Below are positions 1 to 11,586 of a stretch of DNA of 32,000 nt, piece by piece. Under the pieces are notes generated by a model, which ran no database searches, had not been told where the DNA came from, and saw nothing but the letters and a program-made list of their open reading frames with translations. The DNA is from Zygophlyctis sp. KS116. Its lineage: Eukaryota > Fungi > Chytridiomycota. The translations under genes and the position numbers were made by a program. The DNA is taken from the NCBI GenBank assembly GCA_054661495.1, contig BAAFSQ010000016.1:47950-79949 (forward strand), given 5' to 3'. How positions within the stretch are numbered: position 1 is the first letter of the stretch; every line of letters starts with the position of its first letter.

Positions 1-3000
1 CATTGATAAGAATATTATCATCTGCATCTGATTCTTGTTTTACAGCTGAAACATTTTCTTGACTCTTTAAACATGTTTCATTATTGATTTTTTCAGAGTT
101 CTGATCAGTAACTATATCCAGACATTTAAATCTAGATGCGAATTCTTCTTTAAACCAAGATTTAAAAGTAACTTCAAAAGGTTTGGGAATGTATAATATC
201 TTTTGATTATCCATTTCCTCAAAAGATAGTCCGATTGAAGGATAATTATCAGTTAAAAACTTTTTAACTGCAGATTTTGCACGTTTATATAGCTCTTTAT
301 CACCCTTCATAGCTTTAACAGCTTCTGGTAAGAAAGAATTTAGCAAATCCAACCAAATATACATAGTTATTCCTTTTAGTTTTATTTCTTTTAGACTCGT
401 AAGTGGAGAAAATCTTTTCAAGCGAGATTCGGCGGCTTTATCAGATCTGACTGGAGAATCATTTACATCCTTTTTAGAAGCAGAAAAAACTTCCCGATGA
501 TACTGGTCAGAAGGTAGTTTTGCTATAAGCCTTGGAGAAAAACTGTTTGACGAGCTTGACAATTTTTCAGATCTTTTCGGAGTCAGTTTTCTTGATGAGA
601 CTTTTACAGTATCTAGTTCAAATTGATTTGATTTAAAATCTGCTTTTGTTGATTTTTCAGAGGATGAATCATTTTCAGTTCCATCATAAACTACTATTCT
701 CCTTGCGGGAGAATACTTTTTCCTTAAAGACCTTCCCGTCCGTCTTTTCCCCATACTCTCAGAAGTGTCAGAATCCACCGTTGAAACCGTCCCTGTTAAA
801 ATAGGCTCATCTATTTCCATTGGAATAACGTCCAACTTTACAGGTTTATCCATTGAATCATCTTGTTTTACAGGTACTATTGAAGTTGAATCTTTTACAT
901 GTACATGATTATTTTCTTCTAATAGACAGGATCCTAGGATCTTAATCTAGACATAAACTACCTTTATGCAGTCCTTTCTGCCACAAATCACTAAAGTATG
1001 CTGCAAATTCCACATGAAATTGTGTAGGAATCCCATAATAAAGTTTGCCAGAGGAGCAATCAGATTCGACTTTTTCTAAAACTAGATTGCGATCAGTGAT
1101 AAATGTTTTGACAGCAAGATCATATAAATCAGGATTATCATTAAAAGATTTAAAGTATTTCCTGACAACATCCAGCCATGAAACAGTTTTCTCCTCGGCA
1201 ACAACATTTGCAGAGATCCCAAGCTTTCTTTCCAACTCTGCAGAGTATTTGATCAATGATTCCAACTGAGCGTTCTTTTCCTCCAAAACTCTAATCATTG
1301 TATCTCTCTCTTGAGTAATCTTTAACTTCTCTTCCAATGCAGCAATATATTTTGCCTGATACAATGAGTCTTGATCGGTTTCAGGACTTTTGGTTTGGCT
1401 GGAAAAGCTCAATGCTCTGGATAATATGTCATTCATCGGTTCAAGATTAGGGCTCCGGATCAGATTTATTAACACACAAATCTTGTAATAACTCGCTAAT
1501 CCATTCATTAAAAGAGCTTTCTAGCATTTTTGGAATTCCCAATGTAGCAAACAATTGTCCAGAAGGAGTTCGTGTCCAAATAACACATTCATTAGCAAAA
1601 CTTTCACCTAACTTAGCTACTAACCATTTCTGCACTTGATCTCGGATTTGCATTCTGGCTAATCTTGGAGCTTTACTAAAAGATGGCATAATGCTTAAAA
1701 TCAGACTGCAATTTAAATTATAGAATAAAATACCGTGTATATCTCTTCAGATCATGTAGATCAGCCAATGTAGTAGCAGAAAGAGAATCTGGCTTCTTTA
1801 GAGTTATTTCTGGTTCATCATCAGAACTATCATCAATGATTATTCTTTTTCTGGGAGGAGAAATGACAGTTTTTGGTGTAGCTTTTGGTGTGACTAAACC
1901 GCCTTGTTTTCTAAGTGGGCTATTTTTCGATTTTATGAGTTTTTTGGTTTTTTGATCATTTTTTGATTTTATTTCGGGAGTTTGAATATCATGATTATCA
2001 GAGATTTTAGGACTTTTCTTGTTTTCCTGATCATTGGAAGGTTTCGTCTATCTTTAAAATAAATAAACTTACACACTTGATGCTTTTAGGAGTTTTAGTA
2101 TTAATAATGATCAAATCGTCATCATTTTCTTGCTCTTCTATAATCTTTTCATCTTTATTGGCAGCTGTATTTTTCTCGAAAGCCAAAATGTTTTCTGTTT
2201 TATCATCATCAGCTGTCTTTTTTTGATCATTTATTGATTTTATTTCAGGAGTTTGAGTGTCATGATTATCAGAGATTTTAGGACTTTCCTGGCTATTTTG
2301 ATCATTGGAAGTTTTCATCTATCTTTAAAATATAAAAGCTTACACATTTGATGCTTTTAGGAGTTGCAGTATTAATGATGATCAAATCGTCATCATTTTC
2401 TTGCTCTTCTATAATCTCTTTATCTTTATTGGCAGCTGTATTTTTCTCGAAAGCCAAAATTTCCTTATTTTCTAATGTGTCATCATCAACATCCGTAACA
2501 TCCGTTTTAGTTTTTTTCGCAGTGTCATTCAAGATTGTAGACTGATCAGATTTTCGTTTCGAGATCTTTGAAAGAATATTAGATAGATCATTTTGCACAA
2601 TATTACGCATTCTAATGAATCTTCTCAAGGACTCTGTTACTTCTCGAATTAGACTCATGATAAGTCCACATTGTGATCCAAAGGCTTCGTCTATATTCAG
2701 AGACAGAGAAAGTTCCCAAATTTGGAATGGCACCTGTTCTACGCCAAATTTTTGCCTTAAAAATGAAACAGCTACCTTTTTGAAGGATTGTTCAAGATTT
2801 GCAGGGATGCCTAGAGTTGTCGCGGATTCTTTTTCAACCTTTCGAATAATTATGCATTTATCCGCCCCTTGTTCCCCAAGTTTAGATACTAAAAATTCAC
2901 GTATTCTGCCTTTAAACTGGATTCGAATTGATCGAGATATCTTATTATAAGATGGCATTAGTTGAAGTAAAATACTAAAAATTTAATCAATATAGTTTTA

Positions 3001-5283
3001 CCTATTATATCGAATTAAGTTCTGTGGCTTTTCATTAAAGATTACTGGGGGGAACTCCTTAATTTTTATTTCTTGGTCTAAAGCTGTAACAACTTCAGAA
3101 TCGCCCGAATCTTTTTCCTTGACGCGCATTTGATCTCTACAAAAACGTTCTCTTTTTGGAGATTCATCATCCAATGATAATTTTGCACCTGCAAGTTCTT
3201 TATTGCTATTATTTTGAGCATGGTGGTTTACATCCCCTTTCTGGTCAGTCATAATCCCTTCATTTAACTCAAGAACTTCATTTGATTTGACAGCTTCATT
3301 TATCTCCACGACTACATTTGACTCTACAACTTCATTTGATTTCACACCTTCATTTGATTGCATAACTTCATTTGACTCAACAACTTCATTTGACTGCATA
3401 AGTTCGATTGACTCAACACCTTCATTTGAATCCACAACTTCATTTGACTCAACAATATTTTCCAATTCTTGTTGTTTATTTTCCCCTATTTTGATAAGTG
3501 GAAAGATAAACTTACCGGGTAAGTAACTACCAAAAAGATTTTTCTTTAAATCTGAAAGGTTTGAAGGAGGCATATATGACTGTATAGAAACAGCATCCGG
3601 GGAGCAATCTGGAGTAAGCTCTACGGGCGAACCTGGAGGAGAAACATTTGCTTCAGCGGCATTCCTAGCTGGAGTTAAGTTAACAAAATCATCATAAGTG
3701 GAACTTATGTCTGCATTGGCCGGTATGTTCACATCGCAATTATTAGCACTTGAATCTACAGCCTCTTGTTCTGTATCTTGTTCATCCGCTTTAGAGAATG
3801 CTTCATTTGAATCTATGATTTCAGACTTTTTGTTACTTGGATCTATTACAACTGTTGCATTCTGCTCAGAAGTTAAATCAAGAGGCTGTGATTCATCTTT
3901 TCCAGGCTCTGAGAGCCAAGAAAAAGACCAAATAGGAGATGGAGGAGGTAAAGATTCAAACGCTCCGAGGAAATTGTTTTCACTAACGGCGGTAGATTCG
4001 TCATTTTCCACATTATCTTTTTTCGTATTTTGCGGATTAAACAGCTGGTCTAGTAAGCCTGAAATTTCTTGTGAGTTCAAATCATCTTCTTCAGATGCTC
4101 CATTGAAAGCTGAATGTTGCTTAAGATTAAGCCCACTTTCTATTGTGTCCGCTGAATCTAAATATGCATCGAATCCAGTTTGTAATTTAGCCTTAAACCA
4201 TCCCATGAATTGTGATTCCAAAGATATGGGAATTCCAAAGGTTTTAATACTACGAGTCGTAGAATCAACAATGCAATCAGCTAATTCAATTTTAAGTTTT
4301 CCAATATTTTCAGCAACAAACTTTCCAATAGACCAAGAAACATTTTTTTCTAGTTCTAATGATGACAAGATTTTTGTCATTTCAAGGGGAAATATGGCAT
4401 TACATATATCCGGCCAGGCAGTAATTTTCATGGAGTTTCCCGTATTTGTTGTAGGAGATAATATAGAGCCTTTAGGAGTGCTATCTTCCGTCTGATTCAT
4501 ATCATTTTGATTCATTCTTGGAAACTTTCTAAAGAATTCTTCGAGAAATACGTCAGTAAGTTGATCCGGAATACAAAGTTTTGATGAAGAAGAAGAAATT
4601 TTGTCCTCATCTCTTAATTGTTCAATCGTATCAGCATGATGAGCCAGAAAGGATTTGGCAAAATGTGAATGAATACTTTCTACCCTATAAGTTGGCAACT
4701 TTTGTCGAATTGTTTCAGCCCAAGTTCTCCAAATTGAAACCGGCTTATTTTCAGGTTTTTTCTGAAATTTTATATTTATATAAAATACCTTTTTTGAAGC
4801 AGGAGAGTTCTTTTTTTTAGGAGTAATTTGAGTTATCTTTACCATTTGTCGTTTTAACCAACTGATAAAAGGATCAACAAGCCTTGAGGGTATTCCATAT
4901 TCCTGATTCGGCAGTTGAAGCTTCTTAATTTGATCAGAATCTAACTTTAGACGCAAGAAATCCAAGACACTTTCCTTGAGTTGCTGCTTCTTCCGCAGCG
5001 TCAAATCATTAAATGCATTAGCGAAATGCTTGATCACCAAATCCTTCCAATAAATTTGATCATTGTTAGCAGGCTTTTTTAACTTCTTTGCCTTTGCTGG
5101 TTCAACATTTCCTAGTTTTCTTTTTTTTGAATTTTTCTTCAGGATCTGGATCTCTTCCTTCTTTTTCTCTATTATTCCTTCAAGCGATGACAATTCTCTG
5201 TGGAGCTCAACAAGCTCTTCTAGGCCATCCAAATATCGTTGTTGGAAAGATCCTGTAGCGCATGAAGGTGCAACTTTAGTCAT
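1..5283 (-). CDS. Large uncharacterised protein (>1650 aa, 3' end beyond window) with 7 copies of a ~70-aa helical domain, low-complexity linkers and basic NLS-like clusters
   Basis: ORFs 2998-5283, 2302-2958, 2031-2318, 1447-1689 and 942-1508, plus unlisted open frames at 1734-2047 and 2-933, join in frame when GT-AG introns are removed at 3001-2975 (27 nt), 2343-2319 (25), 2072-2048 (25), 1733-1706 (28), 1477-1453 (25; weaker GTGTGT/GAG sites) and 961-934 (28). Probable stopless in-frame introns lie at 4788-4762 (27) and 3515-3486 (30). Confidence 0.75.
1951..2460. repeat. Intragenic tandem duplication, period 271 bp (copies ~1951-2189 and ~2222-2460), each containing a 25-nt intron
   Basis: Near-identical DNA in both copies. 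Each encodes ILAFEKNTAANKD..IIEEQENDDDLIIINT.TPKSIKC, then intron GTAAG..TTTTAAAGATAG, then .K.SNDQ...SPKISDNHD.QTPEIKS.NDQK. Confidence 0.95.
3259..3456 (-). repeat. Coding minisatellite: 11 x 18 bp encoding hexapeptide (V/G)V(E/K/Q)SNE
   Basis: Translation reads IVESNE VVDSNE GVESIE LMQSNE VVESNE VMQSNE GVKSNE VVESNV VVEINE AVKSNE VLELNE; ttcatttga recurs with 18-nt period on the + strand. Confidence 0.9.
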
Positions 5284-5297
5284 TTAATCAGTCAGAA

Positions 5298-5340
5298 ACG
5301 CGAAAAGCACACGAAAAGCACACGGTTAAGCACACGAAAT
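5298..5340. promoter_or_regulatory. Cluster of SCB/MCB-like elements (ACGCGAAAA, CACGAAAA, CACGAAAT) within three AAGCACACG repeats, just upstream of the ATG at 5283
   Basis: ACGCGAAAA at 5298-5306, CACGAAAA at 5310-5317 and CACGAAAT at 5333-5340. CRCGAAA is the fungal SBF (SCB) consensus. Confidence 0.5.
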
Positions 5341-5410
5341 TTTTGACTCAACTGATGACTGGTTGAACAGATTCTAGGTTCAACTAAACTGATGATTTAT
5401 TTTACTTTTT

Positions 5411-8400
5411 CTATCCACCTTTTAAAATCTTATCAATCATTTGGTTAATATACTCTCTTTTCGGTTTAAGATCAACACCATTGAATTTAACAGATAGATT
5501 TTCACGAACCTGTTTCTTGGTCAGTGTCATGAGATCAGCAGTAGTCAGAATATTGCGAATTTCAGCGAGAATTTCGTTATCGCTCGGTAGAGCTGAAGTT
5601 TCTTTCATTGGTTGCATTGGAATAGATTGGGGACTGGGTTGAAAACTGTTGCGGTTCTGTATCGCAGCAGAATGTGAAAACATTGACATACGATTATTTG
5701 GTGAAATCGCTGCTATAGGCATTGATTTTTCAGTTGAAGATAGGCCTAAAGGAACTGAATTTGTAGATTCAGTTGCTGCGGATGTAGCAGATCCTACTTC
5801 CCATTGTTGATTAAGAGAAGCTTCATGTTCTTTCCAAGTTTTTAGAGGAATTGATGATGGATCAAACTATTAATTTAATGATATTTTTATATATTACAGG
5901 CTCGGTATCTGCTAGATATAACATTTTCTTTCCTTCTCCAACTACTACACGGGTATTTCCCCATGAAAAATCATCAAAATGCCAAAAAGAATATATAGGA
6001 ATCCAAAAACTAGAGTTAGCAAACTGATTGAAAGTTACGAAAATAATGGAAGTGCCAATATATAGAATAACATCCACATAATATGCTGCCATTCTCCCTT
6101 TAAGAGAAATATTATCACTATATATTAAAATTGTACTATTACCTTGAAGACCATAAACTGCTGCAATCACAATAATAGAGATCAATGGAAAATTTTCTGT
6201 AGATGTAGTAACAGCGTATATCAAATATCCCAAGTACAAAACAGCTGCTGGTTGAATGAAGGTAGCTAACAAATCAATCATGACTACAAAACGCATGCTA
6301 AAGCAGCAGAATCCACAGAGCTGTCCCAAGCTCGTTAGTTCAATCAAATTATGAACAGTAGAGTTAATCCATCGACGTCTTTGAGATAAAAGGACTGACC
6401 AAGATTCCGGAGCTGATGTACTACATCTGGCATCATTAATGAAGCAAGTTTTCATTTGAGGGAAATGTTTGAGAACCAATGTTGTCAGATATCTATCTTC
6501 TCCCAAGTGTAGAAGATTTTTTAAATGTAGTGTATCGACATTATTTTCGGCATATTCTGAAAGAACTTCGTTAGAAACTAAAACTGGCATATTTTTTGCA
6601 GCAGAACGAATTCTATACATACAGAAACAACCGGGAAGACATGTAACTGTTCCAAACAGCGATTCAAATGCCTTCGATAAATTATGCGAAATAAAGTATT
6701 CATAAACCTGGATCATAGTCACCCAAGTCGTCTTATCGTTTGATATTTCCGTTTCCCCACACAAACCTACCACCTTTGAGTCATTCACCATATACGATAT
6801 CATTCTATTTAAGGAATCAAACTGCACCTCCGTATCAGCATCCACCATAAGTACAAATTCATAGAAAGTTGGGTTCACACCAATAATATTCTTCAGGTGA
6901 TGATAAAGTGTTATTTCCATAGGAGATAATCCTGAATTAAAGTGAACACGATTGAAGAATCTCATAAGCACTAGTTGTGAATCTCTTTTTCCACGATTTC
7001 CCGGCTTGGTACGTTCTCCAGGTCCACCAACCTTAACAACAACAACAAATGGTACACTATGCCCCCTAATTTCATATAGTCCAGAGTAAATTTTAGCCAT
7101 GTTATATTGCTTGTTTCCTTCTCCTATAGAATTGAAAGCTTGAGGTTCTGGATCAATATTTGGGTCTACACCTAAAATATCCAATACAATCCGAGGAGTA
7201 GGGCGATCATTACCCGCCCCGACAATCATTCCATCGCAAACAACAAAAAGAAGTTTTCTTTTATCATCATAATTAAGGATCGCAAGTGATTCTAATGTCT
7301 TTGACAGCGAATCCTGTCCCTCGGTATAACAAGGAACCATCATGACTGCAAATTTATCACTTTCGTCAGGCTCTATATGAGGCGAAAACCTTAATGCAGC
7401 TAAAAATTTAAATACAATGACAGAAGCAATAACAATAGATGCAGAAAGTAGCAAATAATTCGATAAAATACAGGACAAAGTATTTCGATTATCCAAAATG
7501 CCAACATAATAGAAATTATTCAAGCATCTAAGAGTGGCCCTAGCCAAAGATCTCTCTAATTTCATGAATGCTTCCGTTGCATTTTTATTTCCTTTCGTGC
7601 TAAAGGCTTCCCTAAGACCCTTAAGATTATTATCAGCAGCCAAAAGCAAATCAGCAGTTGTTGTATCATAAACGTTATTAAATATATAATAATAGTTCTA
7701 AAAAAATTAAAAACGCTTAACTTACCGGAGGTAGGCTTTCTTTTGACCAGCCAATATATCCTTCTGCATAGTTGTTCAATTTACCGATAACTTGAATTGA
7801 ATTGCCATTACTTTCATTAAATCGATGCGTATAAGCCAAATCAGGCTGACGCTTCTTGATGCTATTCGTATCTTGAGGCAAATAATCCCAGGATGGATCT
7901 TGAGGTCTTTGTAAACTACAATAAGATCCAAAAGCATCCTGCTTATAAAACAAACGGCTGACATCAACACCGAAGAACGCATCAAGATTATATTTGGCAA
8001 TGTTCTGTTCCCCTTTAGCTGCTGCTGGAATGCTTAAATGAAAGTTTCTTATCGGCTCAAAATTGTAGTAGCGACCATGTGAGCTTACCCATTTTGTGCC
8101 TTCCAATTCAACGGATGACTTTATATTGAGAGGAGGACAGATTATATATCTTAAACCAATAATCAGAAAGATTAGAGATGCATTCATTAGAAAAATGATG
8201 ATGCAGAGTGCTAACTTCTCCCTCCATGCCATACGAATATCCGGTCTTTTCATTTTTCCACAAAAAATCAAGAAAGGTGAAAATACCCACCAAGTAAGAG
8301 CCCATGTAATACAAACCCATGTTTTTCTCTTTTTAGAAACTTTAGAAACAGATGCTACAGTTCCTGCTTGCTTTTTTGATTCGCCTGTTTGTTTTGAAAT

Positions 8401-10841
8401 AATATCTTCCCGGATTGTAAGCTTTCGTAATTTTTTAGAGTCTCCGAAATCAGAATCAACTTCCGAATGAATATCATCGTCATTATAAGCAGAGCCATAA
8501 TCTGATTCGTTATCATGACTCGATTCCATGCTAGCTGATTTCGATTGGATTCTAAACCACTTCAGTTTCGAGTCTGACAAGTAAATCTGTGTCCTGCCAA
8601 GAATCATTTCATTTGCTCTCCAATGCAGTGATGCGGAAATGCGATCTAATGCGGTACCAATTCCCTTATTCATACTTTGGTATTTTGATACGACTGCCCC
8701 AAACTGTGATTCAAAACTTTCATAAGAAATTCCAGGGAAGGCGACATTAGCAAATGCACGGCTTGTGGCGATTGCCAGTATAGAAAACTCCTCAATTTTC
8801 CGCCTTAACAGAGATAGAGTCAACCTCTTTGCATTTTTTTCGAATGGGTTGATGCAGAAAACATTGTAGACTTTAGTATGAGACAAGCAAACCATTAAGT
8901 CATCCATTGAATTAAGATGGCTTGATATAGTTGTCTCTTTGATAGCTATGGATTTCTTATCATTGCCACCTTTGCGTTTCATAGAAGGATTTCTTTTTAG
9001 TGTAGAATTCAAATGGGCAGAAACTATGTTTCCTTTGTGTAATTCAGTCTCAACACCAGCTGCAGATGAAAATAAAGATGCCAAAAAGGCAGAAATGCTG
9101 ATCATTGAATCATTTTCTTCACCTACAGATGCCATATCTCCTGTATTTTTTCGAAACAGGACGATAAAATCTGATGAAATTGTTTCAGTATTTTTGATTT
9201 GGAAATCATTAACCGAATATTCAACTTTGGCAAAGTTATGTCGAATACCAAAAACAAACTGGCTTGAAGATGAAGTACAGCGGGAAGGAGGAATGTAGAC
9301 AGGATCCTTTGAAAAACGACTATTCAAAGCACTTAAAATCATTTCTGAAGAGTGGTTTGTGCAAGTTTCTTCATTTATAGCAGCCAATAATCCGTTAGGC
9401 CCAGTAAAAAAGTTCAAAATTGGGGAATGATCAACACACGATATTTCTGGAGGGTTTAGCTGTTCAGACTTAAAAACGGCCAGTCTAGACATAATCAACT
9501 TAGAATCCATAAACTGTGAGATCCTCTCGAATGAAATATTTGAGCAAAACTCATAGAAAGACAGAGGCCGTGTTTCTGATTCAATTAGGGCAGGAAAGTC
9601 TAGAATCCCAACAAAATTATCTACTGCGGTTTCTTCCTTACATAAACGATCATTAACTCTTCCTAAGATCCAAGAGAAAAGATGTGAATAAAGAGCTCTA
9701 GCCAATTCATCTCGACGAGCTGTGCTCTCATCTAAATTAAGAATTTCTGAACAGAATTCATTGCCAATCACTTTAGTCTTGAATGTCAACACTGACTGAA
9801 GAGCCGATTCTGTGACTCCTAACAATTTTGAAGCACATGAAAGGGTTTCAATATTCTTAATTGTAGCGGGCTCTTCAGTATTCAAAGGATTCTCAACAAA
9901 CTGTAAATTTCCTAAGTGCAGAATCGCGGCAACAACCTGAAAAATAAATGTTTGAATCCTCCTTCCTATCCCAATGGATTTTAAGTGCTCGCGTAACTCT
10001 CTCATGTTTTCAATATCTTGAACAGTAACAACTGTACCGGTCCCACCAAAACCCATTTTCCGCCCTAATGTACCCCTTCGCTTTCCAGACTGCAAATAAG
10101 AGTAAAGGTTTGTATCCGATTCTAAAAACATTGCATTCCTTTCATCAGCTGATAAACCTTTACGATCAATTAAAATGTTGTTTACCACCAATAACTTGAT
10201 AAAAGATATTGAAATTTCTTTCACCATCAGGAAGCGACTGATAAGAAGTAACTCTACTTTTTTCAAGCAAATAGTCCAAAGTCTTAACACCAACCATTCG
10301 GCCTGATCTAGAGAATTGATACTCAGAATATAATGCAAATCGTGAAGAATTAACACTGTTGAAAACTTGAGCATGTCCAAATGATTGTAAAATAGTTTGC
10401 ATCTTGATGGCACCAGTTAAAACTTTGGAATTCTTTTTAGCATTTGTACTCAAAGCCACCAAGTGTTTAACTATTTGCTTTCTTGCATTGGATTTTCCCG
10501 ATCCATTCCCTCCTCTTCATATAAGTCATTATTTAATCTTACCGCATCACAATTGTTTGATCTTGTTGAGTATGAATCATATCCACAAATGCAGTACTAG
10601 TCAATTCTAGCAAATGAGCTGTGACATTCACATCCACTTTTTCTGGCATTGACCATTTTTCATCAGCAGACTGAGCATAATACAATGAATCTTTAGAATC
10701 CAAATCTGATGAAGGATTAACTGCAATCAAAACATCTGAGCCGACCCAAGTATATCTTTTCTTTGCTTCTAGCCTTGATGCAATGGTCCCTACTATTGAA
10801 TCTATATCAATGCTAGTCAGATATGATATATCTTCGTTCAT
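5411..10841 (-). CDS. Myosin motor-like domain chitin synthase (class V/VII-type architecture): myosin head, TM, cytochrome b5-like region, GT2 chitin synthase, DEK_C
   Basis: P-loop GGNGSGKS (after intron 10542-10515), [31 protein letters not shown]; catalytic motifs [37 protein letters not shown]; C-terminal DEK_C ([30 protein letters not shown]). Further introns at 10185-10158, 7725-7698, 6142-6118, 6038-6010 and 5897-5867. Confidence 0.95.
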
Positions 10842-11281
10842 TGTTCTTTATTTGTTGAATGCGAACGCCACAATTTTGCCTCGGTTGAATTTCTTCTGTA
10901 TATATAATGCATTATCCATCAGACATTAGAGATAAATTATAACTATCATGTGTCCTTTTCATTGATCAATGATGCTGTGGAAATATGAGTTTTATTATTC
11001 GTTTTTTTCTGATGGTAATTGGTAGATCAACCGGATAAAGATTGTTGAGTATGCTTTAAGTCTATTCTAATCGAAGTTTCCATACTTTGGACAATTTAAT
11101 TGATGGACAACGCATATTGGAAAAAGATCTTTTTAAGCTCACTGAAAGGATAATGCCATTTCAAGTCTATTTAGGATTGAATGAATATATTTGCAAGTTT
11201 AATGGCCTAAAAAAATATCCCAGGGCGATTTTACTTTTTTCAATCAATTTAAATAGTTGTTTACGTCAGATCACAGCGCGT

Positions 11282-11560
11282 GAAATCCATATTGACGTCA
11301 GACAAATAAATATAATAATGCAAGATATAACTACCGTATATCAGTCAGCAGAAAATTATTCAGTAGTCCACAATTATCAGTAACCGAATCATTTAAAATG
11401 CCAACGTAATAGAAATTATTCGCTGCCGATATCACTTTAGAGCCCAATTTATTCCATCCCTAAAAACCAAAGAGAAATCCATCACCAGGATAAGGATATA
11501 GCATGTGAAACGCATATGAGGCCAAGGACGTCGGAATGCTGGGCAATTAAATGAAACTGA
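11282..11560 (-). pseudogene. Decayed fragment of a third myosin-chitin synthase paralogue in the intergenic spacer
   Basis: 11395-11421 matches 7495-7521 at 26/27 nt, and ungapped 11341-11421 vs 7441-7521 is about 54/81 identical by hand count. It translates [25 protein letters not shown] vs [25 protein letters not shown], then after a frameshift VVISCIIIFICLTSIWIS vs [18 protein letters not shown]. Upstream FNCPAFRRP resembles RNCPGFDRP of the + strand paralogue. Stops and indels are present. Confidence 0.75.
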
Positions 11561-11586
11561 GCGGCTGACTGCCCAAATTAAATTTA

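Noticed and set aside
3259-3456. CRISPR-like or transposon interpretation of the periodic repeats
   Set aside because: The repeats are contiguous, degenerate and in-frame coding, with no spacers, terminal repeats or transposase/RT motifs seen anywhere in the window.
3698-4495. 265-aa + strand ORF and other antisense ORFs (1045, 2348, 2615, 3287, 8096, 8939, 29811, 30784, 31681)
   Set aside because: Antisense shadows of well-supported minus-strand genes, with no motifs of their own.
7717-10413. N-terminal ~85 aa of the 898-aa ORF, and apparent frameshifts throughout the window
   Set aside because: Resolved by canonical micro-introns; the true frame there is ORF 10166-10462. These are not pseudogenes or recoding events.
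11087-11383. 98-aa ORF and ATG 11318 (MQDITT...) as first exon of the + strand chitin synthase
   Set aside because: I found no short-intron path joining it in frame to the exon at 11587, and the segment is better explained as the antisense of the decayed CHS fragment.
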